A stretch of DNA of 63,694 nt, counting the filler, from Octopus bimaculoides (Eukaryota), in NCBI RefSeq assembly GCF_001194135.2. It is 5 parts of 5 records of this genome, joined end to end, with 100 filler letters (N's around TTAATTAATTAA, not from the genome) between each part and the next. Parts side by side here need not be neighbours in the genome. Positions count along the whole stretch, not along the records: positions 34,857 to 52,507 come from NC_068996.1; 4 more parts are not named here. One strand, written 5' to 3'. Under the pieces are notes generated by a model, which did no database searches, was not told the origin of the DNA, and was given only the letters and a program-made list of their open reading frames with translations. The translations under genes were made by a program, and so were the position numbers. Each line of letters opens with the position of its first letter. Within the stretch, counting starts at the first letter, position 1. This document shows, in pieces, positions 39,258 to 51,415 of this stretch.

Positions 39258-39296
<39 letters not shown>

Positions 39297-39851
39297 CATA
39301 CGGAGGATGGATGAAGTAAGGAAAGAGAGATGAAACGCTGTAAACAAATAGTGTGCTCAATTAAATTGGTTGTGACCGTAGGCTTACAGGGAGATTTTGC
39401 ATAGTTTCACATTTTTGTTCTTTTCCCCAGATAATTGTCATGGTGGAACAAAGCAATAACAGTCATGCATGAATAACGGAAGAAAGTGATGCGTTACATA
39501 ACAGACTTACTAATGGAGAAGCAAGTTGTTTAGCCTGAGAGTATTTAACACGATGCCGTATTTTCAGTTACATCTTAACGCGTGGGTACACTGAACAGTT
39601 GAGTAGGGGTCTCGTGGGTTTTAGGGACCCAACTATAATCTATTATGCTGTTGCTTGCTGTCAATGAATTCATAGTGTAGGGTACAGTGGAATGTTTTGT
39701 CCAGGAGCCTGTAATGCTACTAAGTGTTACATAATGTTACACGATATTACTAGACGCTGCAAGAACGAATTTATATTTGATGCAAGGAAAGCCATCAAAA
39801 TCTTGAATATTCACGCTATAAGCACGAGCGCTAATATAACTTTCACGTAAT

Positions 39852-40182
39852 ATTGGTTCTAAATTTTAGCACAAGGTCAGCAAATTCAGGGAATGGGACT
39901 AATCGATTACATCAACCCAAGTGATCAATAGGTACTTATTTTGCCATGTCGAAAAGATGGACGAAATACTTTTTCTATTGGAAGCACAAGGCCTAAAATT
40001 TGGGGGAAGGGATTAAGTCGATTAAACCGAGCCCAGTGCGTAACTGGTGCTAATTTTATCGACTCCGAAAGGATGAAAGGCAAAGTCGACCTCGGCGGAA
40101 TTTGAACTCAGAACGTAACGGCAGACGAAAATACCGCTAAGTATTTCGCCCAGCGTGGTAACGATTTTACCAGCTCACCACC
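39852..40182 (-). mobile_element. Two adjacent SINE family B copies (type-3 tail fragment 39852-39955; type-2 copy 39966-40182)
   Basis: attggttctaaattttagcacaaggtcagc... then ttttctattggaagcacaaggcctaaaatttgggggaaggg ... gaaaggatgaaaggcaaagtcgacctcggcggaatttgaactcagaacg ... cagctcaccacc. Confidence 0.85.
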
Positions 40183-40456
40183 TTCCTCTTTGGGGTAATA
40201 TTGGTCATGAGGATGAAGTTTCAGAGGGGGGCTTACCACAGTTGTGAGCTTATTTGGTTTAGTTGAAGTCTGCGAAGTTGTCATTAAAATCACACAGGTT
40301 GCCCTTTATTTGTATCTAGAATGCTAGATTCTATGTTCACAAATATCAAAATAAGCGGAAACATTTTACAGAAAAGTTCTACAGAAATTTTTCAAAAATA
40401 CAAGTTATCTGTAGTTTTTTTGTGGATATTTTCTAATAACTTTTTATTTTCATTTA

Positions 40457-40621
40457 GGCGCTGGAGTGGCTGTGTGGTAAGTAGCTTGCTTACGAACCAC
40501 ATGGTTCCGGGTTCATTCCCACTGCGTGGCATCTTGGGCAAGTGTCTTCTACTATAGCCTCGGTCGACCAAAGCCTTGTGAGTGGATTTGGTAGACGGAA
40601 ACTGAAAGAAGCCTGTCGTAT
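40457..40621 (+). mobile_element. SINE family A 5' half
   Basis: ggcgctggagtggctgtgtggtaagtagcttgc ... ggttcattccc ... gggcaagtgtcttctactatagcc ... gacggaaactgaaagaagcctgtcg. Confidence 0.9.
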
Positions 40622-40937
40622 ATATGTATATATATATATATATCATAAATATATAGGGATTGACAGAAACCTGCTTCTCCAACATACTGAGAATTCAGAA
40701 ATAGCAGTCAAAGAACTACTGANNNNNNNNNNAATTTGTAGTTTTGAAATCAGTAGTTCTTTGACTGCTATTTCTGAATTCTCAGTATGTTGGAGAAGCA
40801 GGTTACTGTCAATCCCTATATATTTATGATTATAAATGTTTTTTACCGAAAAGGTTTTTTCATACTGAGCTACCCGGCAAAATTGTTAATTATTAATTTT
40901 ATTACTAATTGACGATTCCCTGCCCTGCATATCTATC

Positions 40938-40975
<38 letters not shown>

Positions 40976-41004
40976 CGTATGTGTGTGTGTGTGTATGTGT
41001 GTAT

Positions 41005-41218
41005 ATGTTTGTGTGTCTGTGTAGTCCCCCCAACATCGCTTGACAACCGATGCTGGTGTGTTTTCGTCCCCGTAACTTAGCGGTTCGGCAAAAGAGACCG
41101 GTAGAATAAGTACTAGGCTTACAAAGAATAAGTCCAGGGGACGATTTGCTTGACTAAAGGCGGTGCTCCAGTATGGCCGCAGTCAAATGACTGAAACAAG
41201 TAAAAGAGTGAAAGAGAG
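41005..41218 (+). mobile_element. SINE family A 3' half (probably the same insertion as 40457-40621)
   Basis: gtcccccaacatcgcttgacaaccgatgctgg ... ggcggtgctccagtatggccgcagtcaaatgactgaaacaagtaaaagag. Confidence 0.9.
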
Positions 41219-41376
41219 TAATGTACAACCATGAAACTTAAAATTTCAGCAAGATGCGATACACCTCAGCTAGGGTGAATATAAACAAACTTTATACATC
41301 TTTTCAGTAAGCTAAAGACCACGAGCTAGAAACACCGTGTAACGATTAACATTGTCTAATCTTTGGATTAAATATT

Positions 41377-41804
41377 CTTTTCTACTCTAGGCATATGGCT
41401 CGAAATTTGGGGGGAGGGAGCCAGTCGATTACATCGGCCCCATTGCGCAACTGGTACTTAATTTATCGAACCTGAACAGATGAAAGGTAAAGTCAACCTC
41501 GGCGGAATCTAAATTCAGAACGTAAAGACAGACGAAATACCGCTAAGCATTTCGCCCGGCATGCTAACGTTTCTTATTTCTTTATTGCCCACAAGGGGCT
41601 AAACATAGAGGGAACAAACAAGGACAGACAAGGGAATTAAGTCGATCACATCGACCCAATGTGTAACTGGTACTTAATTTATCGACCCCGAAAGGGTGAA
41701 AGGCAAAGTCGACCTCGGCGGAATTTGAACTCAGAACGTAACGGCAGACGAAATACCGCTAAGCATTTCGCCCGGTGTGTTAACGTTTCTGCCAGCTCGC
41801 CGCC
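41377..41804 (-). mobile_element. Nested SINE family B pair: type-1 copy (41574-41780) inserted in the head of a type-2 copy
   Basis: Outer TSD tttggattaaatatt at 41362-41376 and 41805-41819; taacgtttc present on both sides of the inner copy (41565-41573 and 41781-41789). Confidence 0.85.
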
Positions 41805-41842
41805 TTTGGATTAAATATTACAATCATTCGCCACTGTGATAT

Positions 41843-42220
41843 TACTACATTATATATAAATTGGAAAATATACCAAATTCCTAAGTGAATGGCAGGTGCA
41901 GAGTACCAAAGATCCCGCATTCCCCAACTAGAAATAAGGACCCAGTACTGTAACAGCTATAGTTTCAAGGGCCTACAATCTTTCAGCATTTTGCCAACCT
42001 CAGCGAGATGTACATGCGGAGGTTTTCAAGGAACGTCTGCACAAATTTCTATCTGAGAAATCAGATGAACCCACATCGCCGCAGGAGACATAAAGAAGAG
42101 CAGCTCCGTCCAACCCGCTACTTCGCCAGAGACAATACAGGAAAGAAAACCGATTGCATTAAAAGGCAGTGCCCCAGCATGGCCTCTGTCTCTGACTGAA
42201 ACCAGTAAGAGATGAAAGAT
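41843..42220 (+). mobile_element. 3' end of a CR1/L2-group LINE, decayed
   Basis: NGRCRVPKIP..RTQYCNSYSFKGLQSFSILP..DVHAEVFKERLHKFLSEKSDEP..RRAAPSNPLL, then 3' UTR aaggcagtgccccagcatggcc..tgactgaaaccagtaagag. Confidence 0.75.
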
Positions 42221-42262
42221 AAGGACAGTCACACACAGACATACACACGCACACATAGATAT

Positions 42263-42341
<79 letters not shown>

Positions 42342-43699
42342 TGTGCGTGTGCATGTATGTATATATATGTGTGTGTGTGTATATATGTATATATAACCAT
42401 ACACATGTACAACTCCAAACACGTGTATATGTGTGTGTATATAGATATGCATACAAGCAGTCATATGTGTATGCATATATACATATATGTTTATTTATAT
42501 ATATATATATATATGAATGTGTGTGTGTGTATGCATATTTATATTAAATGTACATAGATACAACACTTACGCATAAAATAAACACTCACATACATGTGTG
42601 CATATATAAAGATATTTAACCCATACTATACGCATCATGTGTTCTCTGGTGATCTAATTTGGCAACTACGAATAAAAGGTTATTCCTAACTAGAATGTAA
42701 TATGTTAATCGGGTGTAAACATGCCCGACCATTCCACTTGGATTTTGCTGTCTCCAAAACCCAGTTGCATCCTTTAATAGAATTATTTTATCCAATGGCT
42801 TGAAAATTGTTGAATCAGTATGCAGACTTCCTGTCTGTAGAATATTTTAAAAGGACCACTAATTCAAGACACGCTTGCGTTGAGTCACATTTTATCTGAA
42901 TAATACTTGAAGTCAAGCCAAAGAATGAGAGAGAGAGTAATTTATACAGACGATCGACCAGCTAGAAACGTCAGCCAAGTCTCTCTAAATACACACACAA
43001 ACACACACACACACAAACACACACAAACACACACACACACATGCACATACGTATATGTGTGTGTGCTAATGTTTGTTTCTATTTCAAATTATGATAACAA
43101 TTTTACACTAAGCTGAAGGATTACTTGATATTATTTCTTGAGTATGTATTTATTATTCTTTAGCAAAGATAGAACAGTCCGATGGTAGCTTAGCATGCTG
43201 AAACTTCGAAATCACTGCCAACACTATTCCCGCTAAAGAATTAGACATGCATAGACATATGTATACTTGTATATGTGTATGTTTGTTTGTACTCATATCA
43301 TGTATAAAAAATTTACATTTTCTCAGGAAAAAAAAAAAAAAAAACGTGGTCAAGTTTGCAATAGTTTTAAGTAAAAGTTCGCATCTGGATTTAGGAACGA
43401 ACTCATCTTAACCGTCAACAAGAACTTGCGCTTCTATGAAACTATAAATGAATCTCTCGGCGGTCATTCGACCTTCTTTACATGACGAACACGCAGCTCT
43501 ACAGGTTGGTACTCTTAGGTGACGAAGCATTTCCTCATCTATTTTTGAAATTTATTTCTGAAACTGGGCCTAAATATATTTCTTTTGTTATCCCCAGTTT
43601 TGACAGATGGTACTCTGAAAACTGGAATTTGTTGTTCTTTTTTGTTGCTGCTGTTGTTGAGTTTCATTTTTTCACTTTTATTGTTTTTGCTTTATATTT

Positions 43700-44400
43700 T
43701 CAGTTCTTCGTGGAATCCAGGTCTAAAGTGCGTTTTACTCCAACTAATATACCAGCTAGGCTTTCTGTCCTGTATCATCAACCCCGAGTCTTTTGTTTTG
43801 GTGCCTTCTTCTGAGCATAGTTCTGATATGTCCCTATGGCCATCGGGCATCATTAGGAATTGCAGGTCCATTTTGACATCCTCTGATCACATGTTAACCA
43901 TCGTTAAGTCTGCTTTGATTACTTTCCTATACTGCGACACAAAAATCGCTACTAACCATTGGAGGTCCACGTCATTCAATATCTCTTAATGTGAATCGTC
44001 AAAGTATTAGCTGCTCTCTGACAGATTTGTGGTCGAACCTGTTGTAGTGGAGATCTCCAGCGTTATTGGCCCTCGAACTACATCCCTCTCACTGCTATCG
44101 GTGCAGACATAGTTATCTGCAAGTGCGAGCACCGATTGCCAGAGTGGTTATTCCAGCGCGTCTCTATCTCCATCCTACGAGAAACGCCTTTTCCATTTTG
44201 TCTGCCGGTACATAAGGCAGACTGACAAGTCTTATGTTTCTTGAATATAATAATGTCTATTAGCACAGCTATTAATGCGTCATTATCTATTGAATCTATT
44301 TTTTGTGCCATATATTGGGGTACGAATATAAAGTCAGAGGTATGTTTGAGAATTTCAGCATGTAGTTTCCCCGCGTTTCCAGTTTTAATGGTTCAGCAGA
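43700..44400 (-). mobile_element. Possible decayed LINE ORF1 (Tx1/L1-like) with an eroded zinc knuckle
   Basis: EILNDVDLQWLVAIFVSQY...LMIQDRKPSWYISWSKTHFRPG resembles (V)EGR.P.C..C....H....C; many stops. Confidence 0.4.
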
Positions 44401-44799
44401 GAGTAAGTACCATTCACAACTTTTGCATTTTTCAGTTAAGATAATGTTAATTTCTCTATATGTCCTGGAGGGTTTGTTGTCGGAGTTGATGCGAGGGAAA
44501 AATGTTATCCATTTCCGTCTTATGGTAAGCAGAGATACGGAATTTGTCTCTTCGCCTTTTTCTGGTTTATCTCCAGTGGCAAAGGAATGCCGATGTTTTA
44601 TACAAAATATTTCCAACAACATTTATTCCTTCTGGCTGTCTATCTGCTCATTTTGCACTGAAGGAAGTTTTATCTTCGCACAGCTGCTATTTGAAGGAAC
44701 CGCAAGTATTTGAAATCGTCTAAGAGTTGCTACTGCTATTGTAATGATGTTGTGAGGTGGTGGTGTGACTAATTGTGTTGATGGTGGTGGTGATTGCTT

Positions 44800-44831
<32 letters not shown>

Positions 44832-45262
44832 GGTGGTGGTTTTGTTACTCACGCTATCTTTCAGATTACTTGAGTGTTTGAGACATCTTCTTCTAATAAT
44901 TGTTCTGTATATTGTTCATTTATTCTTCCTCGTGTACATTTCTGTTGTATGTTTTTGATTTTGTGTTCCTTATTTAGCTATCGTAGTGTTTTGTCGTCTG
45001 TCATAATTATGTGTAGTAGCTATTTTAGACATGGAAATGTAATGTGTGGAAATAGAATTTTTAAAAAGTTTGCGGAGTACCTTGTTTACTGTTATCCTCT
45101 CCCGAGTATCCGATGGTTGATCCTGTTTTGTGGGTCATGAGGGCTCCAAAGAAAATTTCATTTGATAATGCTGGAACAAAATATGTTTTGAAAGAAGAAT
45201 CAAAATGACATCTTCACATTACGTGAGTCAAATAATAATAATAATAATGAAGATGATGATGA

Positions 45263-45304
<42 letters not shown>

Positions 45305-45339
45305 TGATGATGATGATGATGATGATGATGATACTACTA

Positions 45340-45420
45340 AAAAAAATCAGAACTTAACGACGAGTGAAAAACCGCTAGGCATTTCGTCCTGCGTGCTAAC
45401 GATTCAACCAGCTCGCCGCT
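45340..45420 (-). mobile_element. SINE family B head fragment
   Basis: aaccgctaggcatttcgtcctgcgtgctaacgattcaaccagctcgccgc. Confidence 0.75.
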
Positions 45421-45423
45421 TAA

Positions 45424-45438
45424 ATAATGATGATGATG

Positions 45439-45502
<64 letters not shown>

Positions 45503-45510
45503 TAATAATA
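45424..45510. repeat. (AAT)n microsatellite; (GAT/GAC)n tract nearby at 45250-45333
   Basis: Visible tandem units. Confidence 0.95.
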
Positions 45511-45712
45511 ATCCAGTCTATAAGCACAAGGCCTGAAATTTTGGTTGGGGTGAAGGTAATAGTCGATTACATCGACCCCAATGCTCAACTGGTACTATTT
45601 TATCGACCTTTGAAAGCAAAGTCAATCTCAGCCGAATTTGAACTCAGAACGTAAAAACAGACGAAATGCCGTTAAACATTTTGTCCGGTGTGCTGATGTT
45701 CCTGCCACCTCC
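45511..45712 (-). mobile_element. SINE family B (tail type 2)
   Basis: ctataagcacaaggcctgaaattttgg ... gtcgattacatcgaccccaatg ... gaatttgaactcagaacgtaaaaacagacgaaatgcc. Confidence 0.85.
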
Positions 45713-46904
45713 CTGCCTCAACAGCCAGAACAACGACATCAACAATAATACTATCTTTATTTAGACTAGTGAGGATCATTACATATCCTTTAAACATATA
45801 ACATACGAAACATTAAAACAAAGGGCTTACAAAAATGGGTGGAGTAGGGCAAAGAACGAAGACGAAAATGCAACGATGCGTGAAAGACGTTATACAATAA
45901 GAGTGGGGACAAGTTTTAAGATTTATAAAAATAGCAGAAATAATGACACTGATTAAAAGAACATGGAGTGGGGACATAATAATTAAAACAAATATCAAAA
46001 TTAAAATTTGTTAAGGGGGTAACTTTTTCTTATCTAAAAAAGAGGATAAATTCCAAGTAGAACCCTTTGGTTAAAGTAGCAAGTAAGGGCCAACGTCATA
46101 CATTTGATTAATGTGTAGCAATAGGTGAACTTTAAAAGAGCATCTTATCAATAACAAACTAATTTTGCTTTTAAATGTTGTTATTAGAGACAGAAAGAAT
46201 ATTAATTAAAAACAGCAGTCTGTGTGTCGTACTTAAAGCAGATAAATCGCTGAAAGCCTTGCAAAAATGTGATATCTACTTTGAGTATGATACAGAGATT
46301 GCTATTTTGAACTAATATTGTTTTTATTGTTCATAATGAATCTTAATTCAGCATACTGGCTAATTGCGTTATTAGTGATTCTTCAATCACTATTTTCCTC
46401 TATCAGTAGTGGCTGATTTTATCTTAGCATGCTAGTACTAATGGATAATTACTATTGACGAAGCCCATGAACACAAAAATAACAATTCCACTACTGCTGC
46501 TGGCAGATTTTACATTTTAAAAACTATACGTCTAAACGAGATGCTTTCTTGATACGAAAACTGCATTTCATAAGGCTTTCAACGACGCATCTGTTTTAAG
46601 TATGATACGCGGATTGCTTTTTTTTTGTTTTGTCAGATACCCTCACTCTCTTAAATAAGAAACTCTTGAAACTCCTTATGCGTTTTATATGCGTCATTAA
46701 TCAGTTATTTGTTAACTATGCAAAAGACAATAAGCTTAATATAAATTTTCCTGCTAAGAGAAAGCTTTCTTTTCAAAAGATATGGATACCTCGCACGTCT
46801 TGATTGTCCTTTACGTTTCTTTCTATCATCCGTTGGTAAGAGATCGTTTCGCATTTTATTTTATTTCTTACCATCTCTCAGTTTCCATCTAGCCTCACAA
46901 ATTG

Positions 46905-47610
46905 ATGGGGTGGTACTATGGTGGAGGCTTCGGCACAGACAGACAAAAAAATTTCGCAATTGATCGGTCAGCCTCTAACAACCTCATTAACCACCAAATC
47001 CTCCAAATGCTGAGGCAACTCACATCGCCTTTTGAGTCTCTCTCCAACCAACCAGTTATTTCTAATAAGTTCGGTGATTTGTTGACTAAGTATATGCCAC
47101 ATACCTTAGTCGTCAGCACGTCTAGCTCATCACGAAGATCCTCTGTACAACTGGATATCAATTTGCTTGCTGCCACAAATGATGAAGCTGCAACATATTT
47201 GCCTGGGATTTCATTCATGAGAGAATTTACTCAAATAGGACAAAGAGAACATAAAGTCTGCTGACAAAATGAAATACACTACTTATCCAAAACATTGTAT
47301 AGTAAATTATGATATACACTGGCAGCTTCAATACATTAGACAAGATTTTCAGCCCACTAGTCGTATATCTTTTCCTTCCTGTATAGAAGAGGAAAACGCC
47401 GTCACACTTATATCGGCAACTTCATTACTGACACTGGCCTGGAATGTATCCAGGACCTCCTCGAGGCAGTAGTGATGGACGAGAAGTGTGGCGGGCGGAC
47501 CGCGTTGCTGCGGCCCAGGTTGGAACTAAGAAGAAATACTGGTGCACAGTGTACCGATCACGAATGCAATTGTTGCAGTATGGCGAAAATTTCTGCAATC
47601 ATCACATCTT
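46905..47610 (-). mobile_element. Decayed hAT-superfamily transposase fragment (ZMYM1-like)
   Basis: In order: SVHCAP..L.SNL (cf. HC..H.LNL), then DFMFSLSYLSKFSHE/NEIPGKYVAASSFVAASKLISSCTEDLRD (cf. F.F.L....L..TN.LS..LQ....D...A..LI.....L..LR); stops and frameshifts. Confidence 0.45.
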
Positions 47611-48361
47611 TTTTATATTTACTTTATTTTATTTTTTTCAGTCAGCTATTACCAGGTTGAGTCGATACGAAAGGCAGCGAGCATAAACTGAAATTAGGAC
47701 GTACAGAACTAATTTGACTATACTCAGATGAATAGCCAAAGTACTCAATAGCATACTTCCGATAACAAAAGCCTTTATTTAAATGTCTAGTCAATGTGTT
47801 CGTTCTCTGTTGTCCGGAAAATGCCGACAGAGAAAGAAAATCAATAACATTTTCAGATATGCTGCACTCTACCTATGGATGTAAATAATGAAGCTCCGGA
47901 TTGAAACTCGATAATATGAGTCAAAGTGTTTATGAAAATTCTTTTGGCTATGATTGAGGGTATTCATCGATATGAATGGTGTTAATACCTACGCAATAAG
48001 AACACTGAATCTGCTGAGCAGTAAATTGTTTCAGAAATATTAACTTGTCCACTGAAGGACGCTTTTCCAAGTGTAAGGTTTTCCAATTCCTGACTACAGT
48101 GCGACTTGGCTACTTGTCCTTGAGTGTCTACCACAACTCGATCATCATTGACTTCCGGTGTTTACTACAATGCAATCGTTATGTCACTACTTGTAAATGT
48201 ATTCAATCAGAAACCTTATCAAACTTATCAGATCTTTCAGAAGTTGATACATGAAGAACGTTGGAATTGGAAAATTTTCAGCATTTTCCTTACCAACAGC
48301 AAACCTGTTTCTAATGAATTTTTGCGTTTATATTATACATTGCTTAGTAAAAATAATAATA

Positions 48362-48570
48362 ACAGTTCCAAATTTTGGGAACAAGGACAACAATTTTGGT
48401 GAGGGGTTTAGTTGATTACATTGACTCCAGTGCTCATCTGGTATTTATTTTATCATCCCTGAGGGAATGAAAGTCCACGTCAGCAGAATTTGAACTGAGA
48501 ACATAAAGATAGAGGAAATGCCGCTAAACATTTTGTCCGGCATGCTAGCGATTCGGCCAGCTCGCCGCCT
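48362..48570 (-). mobile_element. SINE family B (tail type 3)
   Basis: gttccaaattttgggaacaagg ... gaatttgaactgagaac ... ccggcatgctagcgattcggccagctcgccgcc. Confidence 0.85.
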
Positions 48571-49374
48571 TAAAGGTAATAATAATTTATTTGATACATT
48601 CATAACGAAAACTAACTTTTCTATTTTACCTTAAAACAGTTTTATAAAATATTTTTACATTGGATTTTGTTTTTCTATTTTAAAAATGCTTGAAGTCAGT
48701 TCAGCTTAAAATAGGAGATGGAAAAGTGGTTAGCAAGAACTAAGTAAGTTTCAGGCGATCTCTGTACATTCAATATAATATTCAAACTTAACGAGTAAAA
48801 TGGAGTTCGAAGGGAAGGAAAGAATAGGCAAAAAGATTTCTAAGCACACATCATGTCCGGAGTAAATTTTGGGGAGGTGCTGAGAAAGAACTTCAAATTT
48901 TTTCGCCAAAAACTTTGTAAATCACCTGAAAATTCAAAACATCATAGAACAAGATCAATAAATTACTTCATAGAGTTATATGACTGCTTTAACAATGAAA
49001 TCAGGCGAAGACAAAGATATTGGAAAGGTTTTATTTTCCTTCTATTGTATAATGATAATATTTGATAACGTTCTCGATATTTGCACATCACTGCCACATC
49101 AGAGAAGAATGCCGAACAGGAACTCAGAGCAGATTCTTTCTAAAACCAAATATGTTGATAATTTTGGCATCAAATCAGAACCAAATGATTCTGGCGGCTT
49201 AGTCCCACAGTAGTGGATTCACCTGTTGTAAACGACAGTTAAGAGTTCCTGTTGAACAGTGATTTGTTTATTGCGACCAAATGTTTGTGTTGTACATAAG
49301 CACACTCTCTCCGGCAAATCAACATTGCCTGTACAAGTGTACCGTGTGCAACATGTTAGATGTCGCAGTGATTG

Positions 49375-49489
49375 CAGAGCAACGTGAACTGAAGTGTTTT
49401 GTTCAAGAACAACGGACTGTCCAGTCCAGGAATCGAAACCACGATCTAGCGATCATTAGTGCAACACCCTAACCGCTAGGCCACGCGCC
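49375..49489 (-). mobile_element. tRNA-derived SINE family C 5' part
   Basis: Minus strand ggcgcgtggcctagcggttagggtgttgcac...gtggtttcgattcctggactgg..gttgttcttgaacaaaacacttcagttcacgtt; homologous to 61030-61130. Confidence 0.8.
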
Positions 49490-50478
49490 CCAGCACATGG
49501 TGCTGCACAGATAACCCACCAATCTTCTGACGATAACGCTATATGAGAGAAATCATTGGTAAAATTTGAACTACTATTTTAACAAGTATCGAATTTTGGA
49601 AAGGTAGCCGCTTCTATCTCACAGCAATCATTTAAGCAATCAAACAATCTTTATCCATGGCTTTTATTTTTAATTCTTGCTCGAATTTCCTCCGGAATCT
49701 GTTGTGGGAGTGTTGGGGACTGCAGCACACCCGGCTTCTGCTCCCTGCGCAAATAGTACTGCACTAAAGTAAAATATAAGAATAAAATTAGGCAACAATG
49801 TAAATCAGAGAGATAAAAGGAAGAAAGCTCAACCAGTAAAGCAAAGAAGGGCAATGTTAGCCATATTTGTTTACAATCAGCGAACAAAAGTATGGAAGAA
49901 TCGCCCTATTAATAAGACGAATATCAGTCAAGTCATGGATGTACTACTAGATAATAACTGCGGTAAAATGAGAAGGTAACACACAAGGCAGCAAAATACT
50001 TACACGTAGCTAATAACAATGGCGAATATGAGCCAGAGAAGAATGGTAGGGTAATTAACGTCTAAGGAGCTGAAGTGGTAGGGTAACTAAGCGCTAATCG
50101 GAGTTGAGCGATGGATCACTACAACGTAATGTATCTTGTTCAGTGCTCAGTTTAGAAAAAAGAATGGTTGATTCTAATCATTTGTATATAGAAAACGAAA
50201 GAATGCGAAAACTGCGGAAAATTTCAAAAGGTGTTATCAAATTAAAAGAAGGGATAAACAACCTACAATCTCAAGAAAGATATTTATTAAAGGCACTTTT
50301 CTCTTAATTCTTGTATAGCAAAGAGAGTAAAACAAATGCAAAGTCTACCATGGAAATATTTCGATATAAGAATGTCTTGTGCGAATATAAAATCACAAAC
50401 ACGAAATGAATGAGATATGAACTGGTACACGAATAGATTAAACCCTGTTAGCCCTGGCAAAGATTGAAGAAGACTCAC

Positions 50479-50547
50479 AGAAGTCAAGACAGAGTCCGTT
50501 TAGTTTAGTTTTGCACCAACAGAGAAGCTGCGTAATAGAATCGAAAT
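50479..50547 (-). other. Candidate 69-nt exon (coding status unknown; open frame DFDSITQLLCWCKTKLNGLCLDF)
   Basis: Acceptor gtgaatcttacgtttcag and donor t|gtgagt; symmetric phase 1-1. Confidence 0.3.
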
Positions 50548-50839
50548 CTGAAACGTAAGATTCACAATACAAATTTTAAATCGCAACATAACGCCTATGT
50601 TGTTTATTTTTTCTCCCTCTAATGTATAAATAATTGCGTGCTTTCATAGATTCACAGAAAGTATATTAAACACGCTAATTAGATAAAATAAGCAATTAGT
50701 AATTATTGGTATTAATTTAGCTAAACATTCATGCAAAATCCTAAGAATATATAATTTTCATTCTTGGGTATAAAAAAAAATATTCCTTACTCAGCATTTT
50801 ACATATATATCTGTATGGACACATACGTGTTAGTACTTG

Positions 50840-50889
50840 TGTGTGTATGTGTGTGTGTGTGTACACATCGCAACACACACAAACACACG

Positions 50890-50921
<32 letters not shown>

Positions 50922-51415
50922 CACACACACGTATATATATATATATATATATATAACATTATATATATATATAATGTTATCATAAACTTTGCGTAGATAT
51001 AAATATTTATTGATATACGTGTATATATATATGTATATATATGTGTGTGTATATGTATATATGTATCTATGTATGTATATATANNNNNNNNNNNNNNNNN
51101 NNNNNNNNNATATATACATACACATACGCATATATATACATATATATATACATATATATATACATATATATATATGTATATGCATATATGTAAATATACA
51201 TATATACATATATTCGAATATGCGAGTATACAAACATGTACATAAATATATACGCGCATATATATATGTATATATATAATATATGATATATATATGTGTA
51301 TATGTATATATATTATGTATGATATATATTATATATATATATATATGTGTGTATATTATATATATATATGTACATATATATATATATATATACATATATA
51401 TATGTACATGCATAT
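50840..51415. repeat. Complex (CA)/(TA)-rich low-complexity block
   Basis: Degenerate dinucleotide repeats that generate the YIYI/HTHT ORFs. Confidence 0.9.

Noticed and set aside
39420-39480. Strong plus-strand acceptor ttttgttcttttccccag as the next NIT exon
   Set aside because: All three frames stop within 14 codons and show no NIT similarity.
40642-40830. 81-bp near-perfect inverted repeat as a functional hairpin
   Set aside because: It is centred on a 10-N gap, so a contig-overlap artefact is likely; kept only as a low-interest finding.
46902-47264. 120-aa plus-strand ORF as a gene
   Set aside because: It is better explained as the antisense shadow of the decayed hAT transposase on the minus strand.
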